Assembly (NCBI GenBank): GCA_965202585.1
Contig: OZ241832.1
Coordinates: 57,226,001-57,290,000 of the forward strand
Direction of reading: 5' to 3'
Length of the DNA stretch: 64,000 bases
DNA from: Thalia democratica
Taxonomy: Eukaryota
Shown in pieces: positions 13,590 through 26,132 of this stretch. How positions within the stretch are numbered: position 1 is the first letter of the stretch; each line of letters opens with the position of its first letter. Made by a program: the position numbers and the translations under genes. The notes below the pieces were generated by a model. The model worked only from the letters and a program-made list of their open reading frames with translations. It did no database searches and was not told the DNA's origin.

Positions 13590-13880
13590 ACACCTCAACT
13601 ATCTCAACACACCGACCTTGGACTTGCCCGAAAGTCTGCAGAAAACTTTTTCTAAACCGACCAAAATAGCCTCGCGCAGCTAAAACCCGCGCGACTGCTC
13701 GACCGTGACGTTTTAACAAATGGAAGTTGATCCCCCGGGATCAAGAGCAGTCCATTTGCGGCCCCCACAAATGACAAATTTGCGCGTGTTAATTTGTCCT
13801 TCTTATCTCCCCACACGAGATTACGCATGTCTGGCGGTGGTGGCTTTGTCTAAGTGACAAACGGAGAATTTTTTATCTTT
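13590..13880. promoter_or_regulatory. GC-rich island with palindromic TCCC-CC-GGGA (EBF/COE-type site)
   Basis: TTGATCCC CC GGGATCAA at 13727-13744, nested in AAATGGA...TCCATTT (13718-13757). Confidence 0.3.
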
Positions 13881-15369
13881 TCTTTTCGGAGCTTGTTTAT
13901 CTTAGTGTTGTGTTAAAATATCTTATGGGTGTTACTTGGAAATGCTTTTTATAAACTTTTTGTTTGTTCTTGGTATGAGTAAAGCCTAGAAGATTAATGA
14001 ATACTTCTAAATATCTAATTAAATTTTTTTTTTATTTAAATAGTTAAAGAAGGAAACGGCTTTAAAATATATTGAAAAAGTGCATAAAATATTATTAACT
14101 CGCTTACACGACTTGCTACAACTTAATTGAAGCGTCTTTTAAACAAAAACCAAATTTTATGAGCAGCAACCGTACAAATAAAATTGCCGATATTGCTAAT
14201 GCGTTGACTTAATCAAACTTTTAAGAGGTGGTTATTAAAAGCGATAATTTTCGCCGCTGTTTTACGAGGCCTTTCGTTCCTTTTGTTTCTGTTTTGAGAG
14301 CAACCTGAAGGCACTTTAAATTCCTTCGAGAAGCTGCGATTATATGTATGTATTTATAGCGGCCATATTTAGCAATAACTTAGTGGTGAGTTAAGGAAAA
14401 ATTTTGAGTGAACTTAGAATTTTGTGGTGAACTTTGGACGAAAAAATTTAAATTATGTCACTTGAGAGTGTAACTCGGGAAATGTTTTCGTAATTGATTA
14501 CTTTTTAAGATTCCATAATTTTCGACATAAAAGTAATTGACAAAAAATTTAAACTTAGTTAACAAAGTTAACATAAGTTAACTTTAGTTAAATAATAGAC
14601 AAACCGAGTAATAGTTAAGAAGCAAAAGCTAAAACCTTTTACAACGGAGAAATTAATTCGTGTACTTTTAATTTTACTCTATGTTACTCTTTATTTTTTA
14701 AGTTACGCAAACGATACTTTTTTACATAACTACTAACTAACTAGCTGTAAAACTTCATTTCTATTTAAAGAATGTCTAAAAGTTATTGATAGAATTTTAT
14801 AATTCAGTATTGATATTTATGTACAAAAAAAAAACCTTTTGTTACCATTTTAAACATACAACCCTATAACTTTTGTAACTCATAGCAAATAGAATATCGA
14901 ACAGAATTTTTATCTGGTAGAAAATCTAAAACACCCTTAAAGTATAAAAAAGTCTTTAAATTAGTACAACTAACAGTAATAATTGAAAAAGGCTAGCCGA
15001 AATTGCACGTGCTTGCTAAATAAAACTTTTCTGAATGAATGGTGTCTCAAGCTTTTGTATAAAACTAACAAACAATAAAACCTTACATAAAAATGAAACA
15101 AATTTCAAAAAATAAAAACTTAAGTATTTATCGTAAAAAATACAAAAACAAAATGCTTTACAAGAAATCATACATAGTATCACTATTAAACCTAATACTA
15201 AACCAGCCAATGCAAGTTATTTTTTCATATTTAATTACATTCAACTTCAACTTTCTAACTTTTTTAGCTAGCGTATGCGTCTGTAGAAAAGAAAATCAAA
15301 CGTCAAAAATTCGGAAAAAATATTTTTTCACCAAGAAATCCAAAAAAAAACGAAAAGAGTTATGAATTA

Positions 15370-15720
15370 TGACTTGTGAACAGCGCCCGCCAGTGGCGAT
15401 ATGCGTGAAAGTGAAGGGTCCTTGAGTGACCCATCCCCACAACTCGCCATTGTCAACTTATGTATTTATGGATATATTCATGCCCTCAAAAGTACTTTCA
15501 CTTTTCACAAATATTTTCCATGGCAATCATTTTGTGTTGAACTTTTTTAATTTGTGTTGGTTGTGTGTGCATAGCTGTCGGTCGGTTTCCATTTGTTCGT
15601 TGCACCTTTTTGTTGTGTCTCTCTATGAATATGCGAGCGACTTCTGTTTCGACGCTCTGAATGCGTTTATTTGCGCTTTGAACTTTCATTTCAAAGGTCA
15701 CTGTTAAGTTGTGTGTGTGT
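15370..15720. promoter_or_regulatory. GC-richer non-coding island with CTCF-like word
   Basis: The reverse complement of 15381-15397 is GCCACTGGCGGGCGCTG, a partial match to the CTCF core. Confidence 0.25.
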
Positions 15721-18527
15721 TGAGAATGTATAAATAAGTTTTTAATTTAACTTGATCAGTCGTTTATTCTCATACGCAAGTGCGATTTAAATATTTTTTA
15801 AGATTTTGTAGATTAAATCATTGACCTTGCCATAAAAGTCTTTGTAATTTTTCATTAATATCTATAACTTTTTATTTAAAAATCTTAAAGTCATAAACTA
15901 TACTCAAACAATAAAAAACTGTCTTTTTCTCATGATTTACTTTAAATAGATTTACAATAAATGTGCATAATCAATACTTCCTTAACACTTATCTAAAATA
16001 AAATTTTAAGCAGTTTTTATTCAATAACTTTTATTTGTTGCATGTTTTTTTTTTTGATCGGCAGTGTTTATTTAACACACTAAAGATTTTTTAAACTACT
16101 AAAATTTTGTAAAACGTTTTCTACTATAAATACTATGATTTGAAATCAATTTTAAAGTTTAATTTAGTATTAGCTGTGATTTTGTTTTATAATAGCTTCA
16201 TGATTTTATTCTATGAGCTACATTAAAATATTTTATGAAGTATTTAAATAATGTTTTTCTACCTAATTTTATATGTTGGCTATAATTTTTTTTTTCAAAA
16301 CTTTACATTAAAAAGTGGCTATTGCAAAGTGTATAAAGTAAGTTTTCCTTATTAACAAACACTTTTTAGAATGAAGAAATTTAATTAATATAACTAAAAC
16401 TATTTTGAGATGTTTTAAGTTTGTTAATTATATAATAAAGACTGTCTAACTCTAACTCTAATATCTAAAATTAAAAACTGAAACACGAAAAAAATACTTC
16501 AGGACAAAAAGTAGTCAAAATGCTTCAATTACTACATATTTACACGTATTAACTAGAATTGATAGATTATATTTTCATAGCCATTAATTTCGCTTGTATT
16601 CAGACAATAAAAACAACTACATATTTTTATTATCATTTATAAGACAGTTTAAAGTATTAACTTTATGACATGGTAATAAACTTTTGTTTTACTTCGGGTG
16701 TTGAGTTTCGTCTTTGATTAAATTCTAGACGAAAACTAAACTTTTTAAGTATTTTTTACACGAATGCCGGATATCAAACAACACCATTAATTTTTTTTTG
16801 TATTAACATTTCAATTTTCTTTTCTAATTAATAAAATTTTGTAAAGACTTTCACAACATTCTATTAGCCTTGTTTTTGACTGAGCTTGATCAATTCATAA
16901 AATTTTAGAAATTTTTTTTTTCAGATTTATCAACATCAAAAAGTAAATTATTTTTTATTTAAACTTAGTATGTACAAAAAATTTCTAGTTTAACTTAATT
17001 ATTCTAAAAAGTTTATTGATAAGTGTTCATTATTATCCAACAAAGTTTTGTTAGGTGGCTTAGTGAAATTTATAATTGTCGGTAAAAATTTAGATAAAAC
17101 TTATTTTTGTATATTACAGCTTTCTTTTTGATGTGATAATTTTTAGTTATGATTTGACATGAGTCTAAAAAACTTTACTAAAGAAACAAAAACTACTTTA
17201 AATGAAAAAAGTAAGTGTTAAATCAAACTTTAGTTACGAACCTATACTAAATTTTAAAACTCAACTTTTTATTTGTTCGTATTTATACCTTAAAAATACG
17301 GCAAATCGAAAGTTAAGTTATATCTTTTAATAGTTATGAATTAGTACTCTTATCTATTGTGCTATCAAAATTTTCTGGCAGAGTTTTTAGATATACTTAA
17401 ATAAAAGGTAATCAATATATTTTAGACGATTATAAATATATTTGAACATATTTTTAAGCAACTATATTAAAATTTAATTTACTTCATGACAAAATTTTGT
17501 TCAAAATAAAATGTCTGTAGTGTTTTAATCCAATACTGCATAAAAGTTTGTTTTTTAGTTTGAGTGTTCTCATTGCTAACTATTTATTTTTTGATAGCAC
17601 TTTAGATTTTAACTTCCCTTATTAGTGTTTATTTGTTACTGCAGAGTTTTATATTACACCTGGTTTTGAAATTTAAGCGTTTAAAAGTAAAAATCTCTGA
17701 ATGTTTTTATATTTAAAGATATAGGTTTTAGATCACGTAGAAAAATAGTAACACTAAGAAATAACGAGTATAATCGAATGTTAACTTCTAAAAACTAGGC
17801 AACTTTTGTAAAAAAATACTTTATATAGTCTATTAGAAAAAGTGTCTTAGATGAACAGTTTTAGTTTATATAAGCTAGTTGCATTATTATTTTGTAACTA
17901 ACTTTAGTTTAAAAGCATTGTATCTTCTATAACTGTACTTGTAAAGAAATTATTTAAGCTTAATCTTTTTGTAAGCTTCAAGTTAATAAAATATAATAAT
18001 ATATAAGTACTCAAGTAACTGAGCAGTTATTTTGTTTTGACAATTTAATTCTTAATATTTTAAAAGTTTTATTCTTTGATCTTCTAATTTTTTAGAATAT
18101 TTTAAATTATAAAAAATACTATAGAAATTAGGCTAGACTTTCTTTTTCTATAGTTTTAGCTTTGAGTTATTACAGTTATAATTTTTTGAAGATTAAATAC
18201 AATATATTTTGTTAATTACTTTACCTATTTACAGTAAAAAAAACTAAACACACATTAATAAATAGAATAAGTGAAAAACGTAAGTAAATTAAAATTTTAG
18301 ACATGTTACATAAAAAAAATCAAGATAAGTTAAGAGCACAGAACTTGTTATAAAGCTTTATAAAAAGCCGTTTCAAATAATTTATAAATTTATAACTTTT
18401 TTTTTATATAAGACTTTATAACAAACAAAACTTTGCATAAGAAAACAAAATTATAAACAAAAAAAGATTTAATATTAAATAACTGTTTTTAGTAAAGTAT
18501 TTTAAACGTATTATGTTAGGCGAAAAA

Positions 18528-21500
18528 CTAAAACAGAACGATAAAAATGAGTAAAAGAAGCAAAACTGTTGAGTTTGAGCTTTGAATAAAACAACCGCTG
18601 TATGGCGCCATTGTGGAACTTTTTTCTTGTGTCATTGGTGATTTTGTAGTTGTCGGTAATGTTGTTGATTTTGTAGTTGTCGGTGATGTTGTATATTTTG
18701 TAGTTGTTGGTAATGTTGTAGATTTTGTAGTTGTTGGTAAAGTTGTAGAATTTGTAGTTGTTAGTAATGTTGTAAATTTTGCAGTTGTTGGTAATGTTGT
18801 TGATTTTGTAGTTGTTGGTAATGTTGTAGATTTTGTAGTTGTTGGTAATATTGTAGATTTTGTAGTTGTTAGTAATGTTGTAGATTTTGTAGTTGTTGGT
18901 AATGTTGTAGATTTTGTAGTTGTTGGTAATGTTGTAGATTTTGTAGTTGTTAGTAATGTTGTAGATTTTGTAGTTGTCGGTAATGTTGTAGATTTTGTAG
19001 TTGTCGGTAATGTTGTTGATTTTGTAGTTGTTGGTAATTTTGTAGATTTTGTAGTTGTCAGAAATGTTGTTGATTTTGTAGTTGTTGGTAATGTTGTTGA
19101 TTTTGTAGTTGTCGGTAATGTTGTAGATTTTGTAGTTGTTGGTAAAGTTGTAGTTTTTTAGTTGACGTTATTGTTGTAGATTTTTTTAGTTGTCGGTAAT
19201 GTTGTATATTTTTATAGTTTTTGATAATGTTGTAGATTTTGTATTTGTTGGTTATGTTGTAGGTTTTGCAGTTGTTGGTAATGTTGTAGATTTTGTAGTT
19301 GTTTGTAATGTCGTAGGTTTTGTAGTTGTCTGTAATGTTGTTGATTTTGTAGTTGTCGATAATGTCGTAGATATTGTAGTTGTTGGTAATGTTGTAGTTT
19401 TTGTAGTTGTTAGTAATGTTATAAATTTTGTAGTTGTCGGTAATGTTGTTGATTTTGTAGTTGTTGGTAATGTTGAAGTTTTTGTAGTTGTCGGTAATGT
19501 TGTTGATTTTGTAGTTGTTGGTAATTTTGTAGATTTTGTAGTTGTTTTTAATGTTGTAGATTTTTATAATTGTTAGTCATGTTGTTGATTTTGTAGTTGT
19601 TAGTAATGTTGTAGATTTTGTAGTTGTTGGTAATGCTGTAGGTTTTGTAGTTGTTGGTAATGTTGTAGATTTTGTAGTTATTGGTAATGTTGTAGATTTT
19701 GTAATTCTTGGTAATGTTGTAGATTTTGTAGTTGTTGGTAATGATAAAGGTTTTGTAGTTGTCAGTAATGTTGTAGATTTTGTAGTTGTCGGTAATGTTG
19801 TATATTTTGTAGTTGTTGGTAATTTTGTAGATTTTGTAGTTGACGGAAATGTTGTTAATTTTGTATTTGTTGGTAATTTTGTAGAATTTTTAGTTGTCGG
19901 AAATGTAGTAGATTTTGTAGTTGTTAGAATGTTGAAGCTTTTGTAGTTGTTGATAATTTTGTAGATTTTGTAGTTGTTGGTATTGTTGTAGATTTTGTAG
20001 TTGTCGGTAATATTATTGATTTTGTAGTTGTCGGTAATGTTGTTAATTTTGTAGTTGTTGGTAATGTTGTATATTATGTAGTTGTTGGTAATGTTGTTGA
20101 TTTTGTAGTTGTTGGTAATGTTGTAGATTTTGTAGTTGTTGGTAATGTTGTTGATTTTTTAGTTGTTCGTAATGTTGAAGATTTTGTAGTTGTTAGTAAT
20201 GTTGTTGATTTTGTAGTTGTCGGTGATGTTGTAGCTTTTGTAGTTGTTGGTAATGTTGTAGATTTTGTAGTTGTTGGTAATATTGTAGATTTTGTAGCTG
20301 TTGGTATTGTTGTAGATTTTGTAGTTGTCGGTAATGTTGTAGATTTTGTAGTTGTCGGTAACATTGTAGGTTTTGTAGTTGTTGGTAATGTTGTAGATTT
20401 TGTAGTTGTTGGTAATGTTGTTGATTTTGTAGTTGTCGGTGATGTTGTAGCTTTTGTAGTTGTTGGTAATGTTGTAGGTTTTGTAGTTGTTGGTAATATT
20501 GTAGATTTTGTAGTTGCTGGTATATTGTAGAGTTTGTAGTTGTCGGTAATGTTGTAGATTTTGTAGTTGTAGGTAATGTTGTTGATTTTGTAGTTGTCGG
20601 TAATATTGTAGATTTTGTAGTTGTTAGTAATGTTGTAGATTTTGTAGTTGTTGGTAATGTTGTAGATTTTGTAGTTGTTGGTAATGTTGTAGATTTTGTA
20701 GTTGTTGGTAATGTTGTATATTTTGTAGTTGTTGGTAATGTTGTTGATTTTGTAGTTGTCGGTAATATAGTAGATTTTGTAGTTATTCGTAATATTGTAG
20801 AATTTGTAGTTGTTGGCAATGTTTTAGATTTTGTAGTTGTCGGTAATATAGTAGATTTTGTAGTTGTTGGTAATGTTGTAGATTTTGTAGTTGTCGGTAA
20901 CGTTGTAGGTTTTGTAGTTGTTGGTAATGTTGTAGAATTTGTAGTTGTTGGCAATGTTTTAGATTTTGTAGTTGTCGGTAATGTTGTAGATTTTGTAGTT
21001 GTAGGTAATATTGTAGATTTTGCAGTTGTTGGTAATATTGTTGATTTTGTATTTGTTGGTAATGTTGTAGATTTTGTAGTTGTGGGTAATGTTGTAGATT
21101 TTGTAGTTGTCGGTAATGTTGTAGATTTTGTAGTTGTCGGTAATGTTGTATATTTTGTAGTTGTCGGTAATTTTGTAGATTTTGTAGTTGTCAGAAATGT
21201 TGTAAATTTTGTATTTGTTGGTAATTTTGTAGATTTTTTAGTTGTCGGAATTGTTGTAGATTTTGTATTTATTGGTAATTTTGTAGATTTTGTAGTTGTC
21301 GAAAATGTAGTATATTTTGTAGTTGTCAGAATGTTGTAGCTTTTGTAGTTGTTGATAATTTGTAGATTTTGTAGTTTTTGGTATTGTTGTAGATTTTGTA
21401 GTTGTCGGTAATATTGTTGATTTTGTAGTCGTCGGTAATGTTGTTAATTTTGTAGTTGTTGGTAATGTTGTATATATGTAGTTGTTGGTGATGTTGTTGT

Positions 21501-24500
21501 TTTTCTAGTTGTTGGTAATGTTGTAGATTTTGTAGTTGTTGGAAACGTTGTTGATTTTTTAGTTGTTGGTAATGTTGTAGATTTTGTAGTTGTTAGTAAT
21601 GTTGTTGATTTTGTAGTTTTCGGTGATGTTGTAGCTTTTGTAGTTGTTGGTAATGTTGTATGTTTTGTAGTTGTTGGTAATATTGTAGATTTTGTAGTTG
21701 TTGGTATTGTTGTAGGTTTTGTAGTTGTTGGTAATGTTGTAGTTTTTGTAGTTGTCGGTAATGTTGTAGATTTTGTAGTTGTTGGTAATGTTGTAGATTT
21801 TGTAGTTGTTAGTAATGTTGTTGATTTTGTAGTTTTCGGTGATGTTGTAGCTTTTGTAGTTGTTGGTAATGTTGTATGTTTTGTAGTTGTTGGTAATATT
21901 GTAGATTTTGTAGTTGTTGGTATTGTTGTAGGTTTTGTAGTTGTTAGTAATCTTGTAGATTTTGCAGTTGTTGGTAATGTTGTTGATTTTGTAGTTTTTG
22001 GTAATGTTGTAGATTTTGTAGTTGTTAGTTATCTTGTAGATTTTGTAGTTGTTGGTAATGTTGTTGATTTTGTAATTGTTGGTAATGTTGTTGATTTTAT
22101 AGTTGTCGTTAATGTTGTAGATTTTGTAGTTGTCGGTGATGTTGTAGTTTTTGTAGTTGTTGGTAATGTTGTATATTTTGTAGTTGTTGGTAATGTTGTT
22201 GATTTTGAAGTTGTCGGTGATGTTGTAGTTTTTGTAGTTGTTGGTAATGTTGTATATTTTGTAGTTGTTGGTAATGTTGTTGATTTTGAAGTTGTCGGTA
22301 ATGTAATTGATTTTGTATTTTTTGGTAATGTTGTTGATTTTGTATTTGTTGGTAATGCTGTAGATTTTGTAGTTGTTAGTAATCTTGTAGATTTTGTAGT
22401 TGTTGGTAATGTTGTTGATTTTGTATTTGTTGGTAATGTTGTAGATTTTGTAGTTGTTGGTAATGTTGTAGATTTTGTAGTTGTTGGTAATGTTGTAGAT
22501 TTTGTAGTTGTTGGTAATATTGTAGATTTTGTAGTTGTCGGTAATGTTGTTGATTTTGTAGTTGTCGGTAATGTAATTGATTTTGTAGTTGTCGGTAATG
22601 TAATTGATTTTGTAGTTTTTGGTAATGTTGTTGATTTTGTATTTGTTGGTAATGCTGTAGATTTTGTAGTTGTTAGTAATCTTGTAGATTTTGTAGTTGT
22701 TGGTAATGTTGTTGATTTTGTATTTGTTGGTAATGTTGTAGATTTTGTAGTTGTTGGTAATGTTGTTGATTTTGTAGTTGTCGGTAATGTTGTAGATTTT
22801 GTAGTTGTTGGTAATGTTGTAGATTTTGTAGTTGTTGGTAATGTTGTAGATTTTGTAGTTGTTGGTAATGTTGTAGATTTTGTAGTTGTTGGTAATCTTG
22901 TAGATTTTGTAGTTGTTGGTAATGTTGTTGATTTTGTATTTGTTGGTAATGCTGTAGATTTTGTAGTTGTTAGTAATCTTGTAGATTTTGTAGTTGTTGG
23001 TAATGTTGTAGATTTTGTAGTTGTCGGTGATCTTGTAGATTTTTTAGTTGTTGGTAATGTTGTTGATTTTGTATTTGTTGGTAATGTTGTAGATTTTGTA
23101 GTTGTTGGTAATGTTGTAGATTTTGTAGTTGTTGGTAATCTTGTAGATTTTGTAGTTGTTGGTAATGTTGTTGATTTTGTATTTGTTGGTAATGCTGTAG
23201 ATTTTGTAGTTGTTGGTAATGTTGTAGATTTTGTAGTTGTTGGTAATGTTGTAGATTTTGTAGTTGTTGGTAATGTTGTTAATTTTGTAGTTGTTAGTAA
23301 TGTTGTAGATTTTTTAGTTGTTGGTAATGTTGTATATTTTGTAGTTGTTGGTAATTTTGTTGATTTTGTAGTTGTCGGTAATGTTGTTGATTTTGTAGTT
23401 GTTAGTAATCTTGTAGATTTTGTAGTTGTTGGTAATGTTGTAGATTTTGCAGTTGTTGGTAATGTTGTTGATTTTGTATTTGTTGGTAATGTTGTAGATT
23501 TTGTAGTTGTTGGTAATGTTGTAGATTTTGTAGTTGTTGGTAATGTTGTTGATTTTGTAGTTGTTGGTAATGTTGTTGATTTTGTATTTGTTGGTAATGT
23601 TGTAGATTTTGTAGTTGTTGGTAATGTTGTAGATTTTGTAGTTGTTGGTAATGTTGTTGATTTTGTAGTTGTTGGTAATGTTGTTGATTTTGTAGTTGTT
23701 GGTAATGTTGTATATTTTGTTGTTGTTGGTAATGTTGTATATTTTGTAGTTGTTGGTAATATTGTAGATTTTGTAGTTGTCGGTAATGTAATTGATTTTG
23801 TAGTTTTTGGTAATGTTGTTGATTTTGTATTTGTTGGTAATGCTGTAGATTTTGTAGTTGTTAGTAATCTTGTAGATTTTGTAGTTGTTGGTAATGTTGT
23901 TGATTTTGTATTTGTTGGTAATGTTGTAGATTTTGTAGTTGTTGGTAATGTTGTAGATTTTGTAGTTGTTGGTAATCTTGTAGATTTTGTAGTTGTTGGT
24001 AATGTTGTTGATTTTGTATTTGTTGGTAATGCTGTAGATTTTGTAGTTGTTAGTAATCTTGTAGATTTTGTAGTTGTTGGTAATGTTGTAGATTTTGTAG
24101 TTGTTGGTAATGTTGTAGATTTTGTAGTTGTTGGTAATGTTGTTAATTTTGTAGTTGTCGGTAACGTTGTATATTTTGTAGTTGTCGGTAATGTTGTAGA
24201 TTTCGTAGTTGTTTGTAATGTTGAAGATTTTGTAGTTCTTGGTAATGTAATTGATTTTGTAGTTTTTGGTAATGTTGTTGATTTTGTATTTGTTGGTAAT
24301 GCTGTAGATTTTGTAGTTGTTAGTAATCTTGTAGATTTTGTAGTTGTTGGTAATGTTGTTGATTTTGTATTTGTTGGTAATGTTGTAGATTTTGTAGTTG
24401 TTGGTAATGTTGTAGATTTTGTAGTTGTTGGTAATCTTGTAGATTTTGTAGTTGTTGGTAATGTTGTTGATTTTGTATTTGTTGGTAATGCTGTAGATTT

Positions 24501-25463
24501 TGTAGTTGTTAGTAATCTTGTAGATTTTGTAGTTGTTGGTAATGTTGTAGATTTTGTAGTTGTTGGTAATGTTGTAGATTTTGTAGTTGTTGGTAATGTT
24601 GTTAATTTTGTAGTTGTCGGTAACGTTGTATATTTTGTAGTTGTTGGTAATGTTGTATATTTTGTAGTTGTCGGTAATGTTGTAGATTTCGTAGTTGTTT
24701 GTAATGTTGAAGATTTTGTAGTTGTTGGTAATGTTGTAGATTTTGTATTTGTTGGTAATGTTGTTGATTTTGTAGTTGTTAGTAATGCTGTAGATTTTGT
24801 AGTTGTCGGTAACGTTGTATATTTTGTAGTTGTCGGTAATGTTGTAGATTTCGTAGTTGTTTGTAATGTTGAAGATTTTGTAGTTGTTGGTAATGTTGTA
24901 GATTTTGTATTTGTTGGTAATGTTGTTGATTTTGTAGTTGTTAGTAATGCTGTAGATTTTGTAGTTGTTGGTAATGTTGTTAATTTTGTAGTTGTCGGTA
25001 ACGTTGTATATTTTGTAGTTGTTGGTAATGTTGTAGATTTTGTAGTTGTTGGTAATGTTGTAGATTTTGTAGTTGTTAGTAATGTTGAAGATTTTGTAGT
25101 TGTCGGTAACGTTGTATATTTTGTAGTTTTTGGTAATGTTGTAGATTTTGTAGTTGTTGGTAATGTTGAAGATTTTGTAGTTGTTAGTAATGTTGTAGAT
25201 TTTGTAGTTGTCGGTAACGTTGTATATTTTGTAGTTGTCGGTAATGTTGTAGATTTTGTAGTTGTTGGTAATGTTGTATATTTTGTAGTTGTTGGTAATG
25301 TTGTTGATTTTGTAGTTGTTGGTAATGTTGTTGATTTTTTAGTTGTTGGTATTGTTGTATATTTTGTAGTTGTTGGTAATGTTGTTGATTTTGTAGTTGT
25401 TAGTAATGTTGTAGATTTTGTAGTTGTCGGTAATAATGTTTTGTATTTTTCATTTGTTGGTGG
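18528..25463 (-). CDS. Thr-rich mucin-like stalk (9-aa repeat LPTTTKSTT) ending in a GPI-anchor signal; frame interrupted by TAA at 22029-22031 and several 1-nt indels between ~19150 and 21480
   Basis: Open minus frame from 25463 to 22029 (1144 codons). The repeat ends in frame with KSPMTQEKSSTMAPYSGCFIQSSNSTVLLLLLIFIVLF* (TAG 18528-18530), which has small residues, a spacer and a hydrophobic tail. Confidence 0.75.
18642..25432. repeat. 27-bp tandem array, ~250 copies, consensus GTTGTTGGTAATGTTGTAGATTTTGTA
   Basis: Directly visible. Exact 27-bp register from 21481 to ~25430 (lines 540 bp apart start in the same phase); higher-order blocks, e.g. 459 bp (23782 vs 24241). Confidence 0.98.
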
Positions 25464-26132
25464 CTGTGTTCGTAAAGGGTATAAAACATTATTGTTTTAA
25501 TGCTGGAATACTTTAATAAAATACCTTATTACTAAGTAATTAGTCTTTTTTACGGTTGCCACTTTAAAAGAAAAAAATTTTGAATTATAGTTTAAGTTTA
25601 TTGAAAATTAAACTAGTTAAAAACTTTCTGTTAATCAAGCTTACATACATAACTAAAATATCATTATTATAAAAAAGCACAATATTTAAGTAGACAAAAA
25701 AATACAATTAGTAAACTTCATTGCAGTCATAAAAACTATTTTGAAAATTTGAAGATTTCATCAAAGTTTTTGAAGTAAAAGTTTCAGATACGCCTGAGTT
25801 TTATAACAAGATCTTAAACAGCTTTAACCTAGTCTGAATAAAAAAAAAATTACTAGCCTGTTTGTTCGGTAACCCTGTTTAAAATAAAGTTCATACCGAA
25901 GTTTATAAACAGTGAATTAATTATATAACTAAACAAATTACTATAAATCAGCTTAAATTAACATTAAGTTTTTAAACATTTAAAGAAATGTATATAAATT
26001 TACTAAGCTATTAATGAATTAGAAAAACCTATTTTTATTGAGCATTATAGTAATTCTCTCTCGGCAATAAAATTATTGCATTCAAAAAGAGCAAATGTGA
26101 ATAGTAAGAGGATCTATAAGAACTATAATACG

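Noticed and set aside
15498-15701. Short minus-strand ORF MKVQSANKRIQ...
   Set aside because: No recognisable domain, no flanking exons found; more likely part of a regulatory island.
18613-21339. Plus-strand Val-rich ORFs (VVDFVVVGN) and the minus-strand Gln-rich frame (YQQLQNLQH)
   Set aside because: These are antisense or shifted readings of the 27-bp repeat; only the Thr frame connects to the GPI signal.
18642-25432. CRISPR-like array (also considered for 53150-54250)
   Set aside because: No unique spacers, eukaryotic context, no cas genes.
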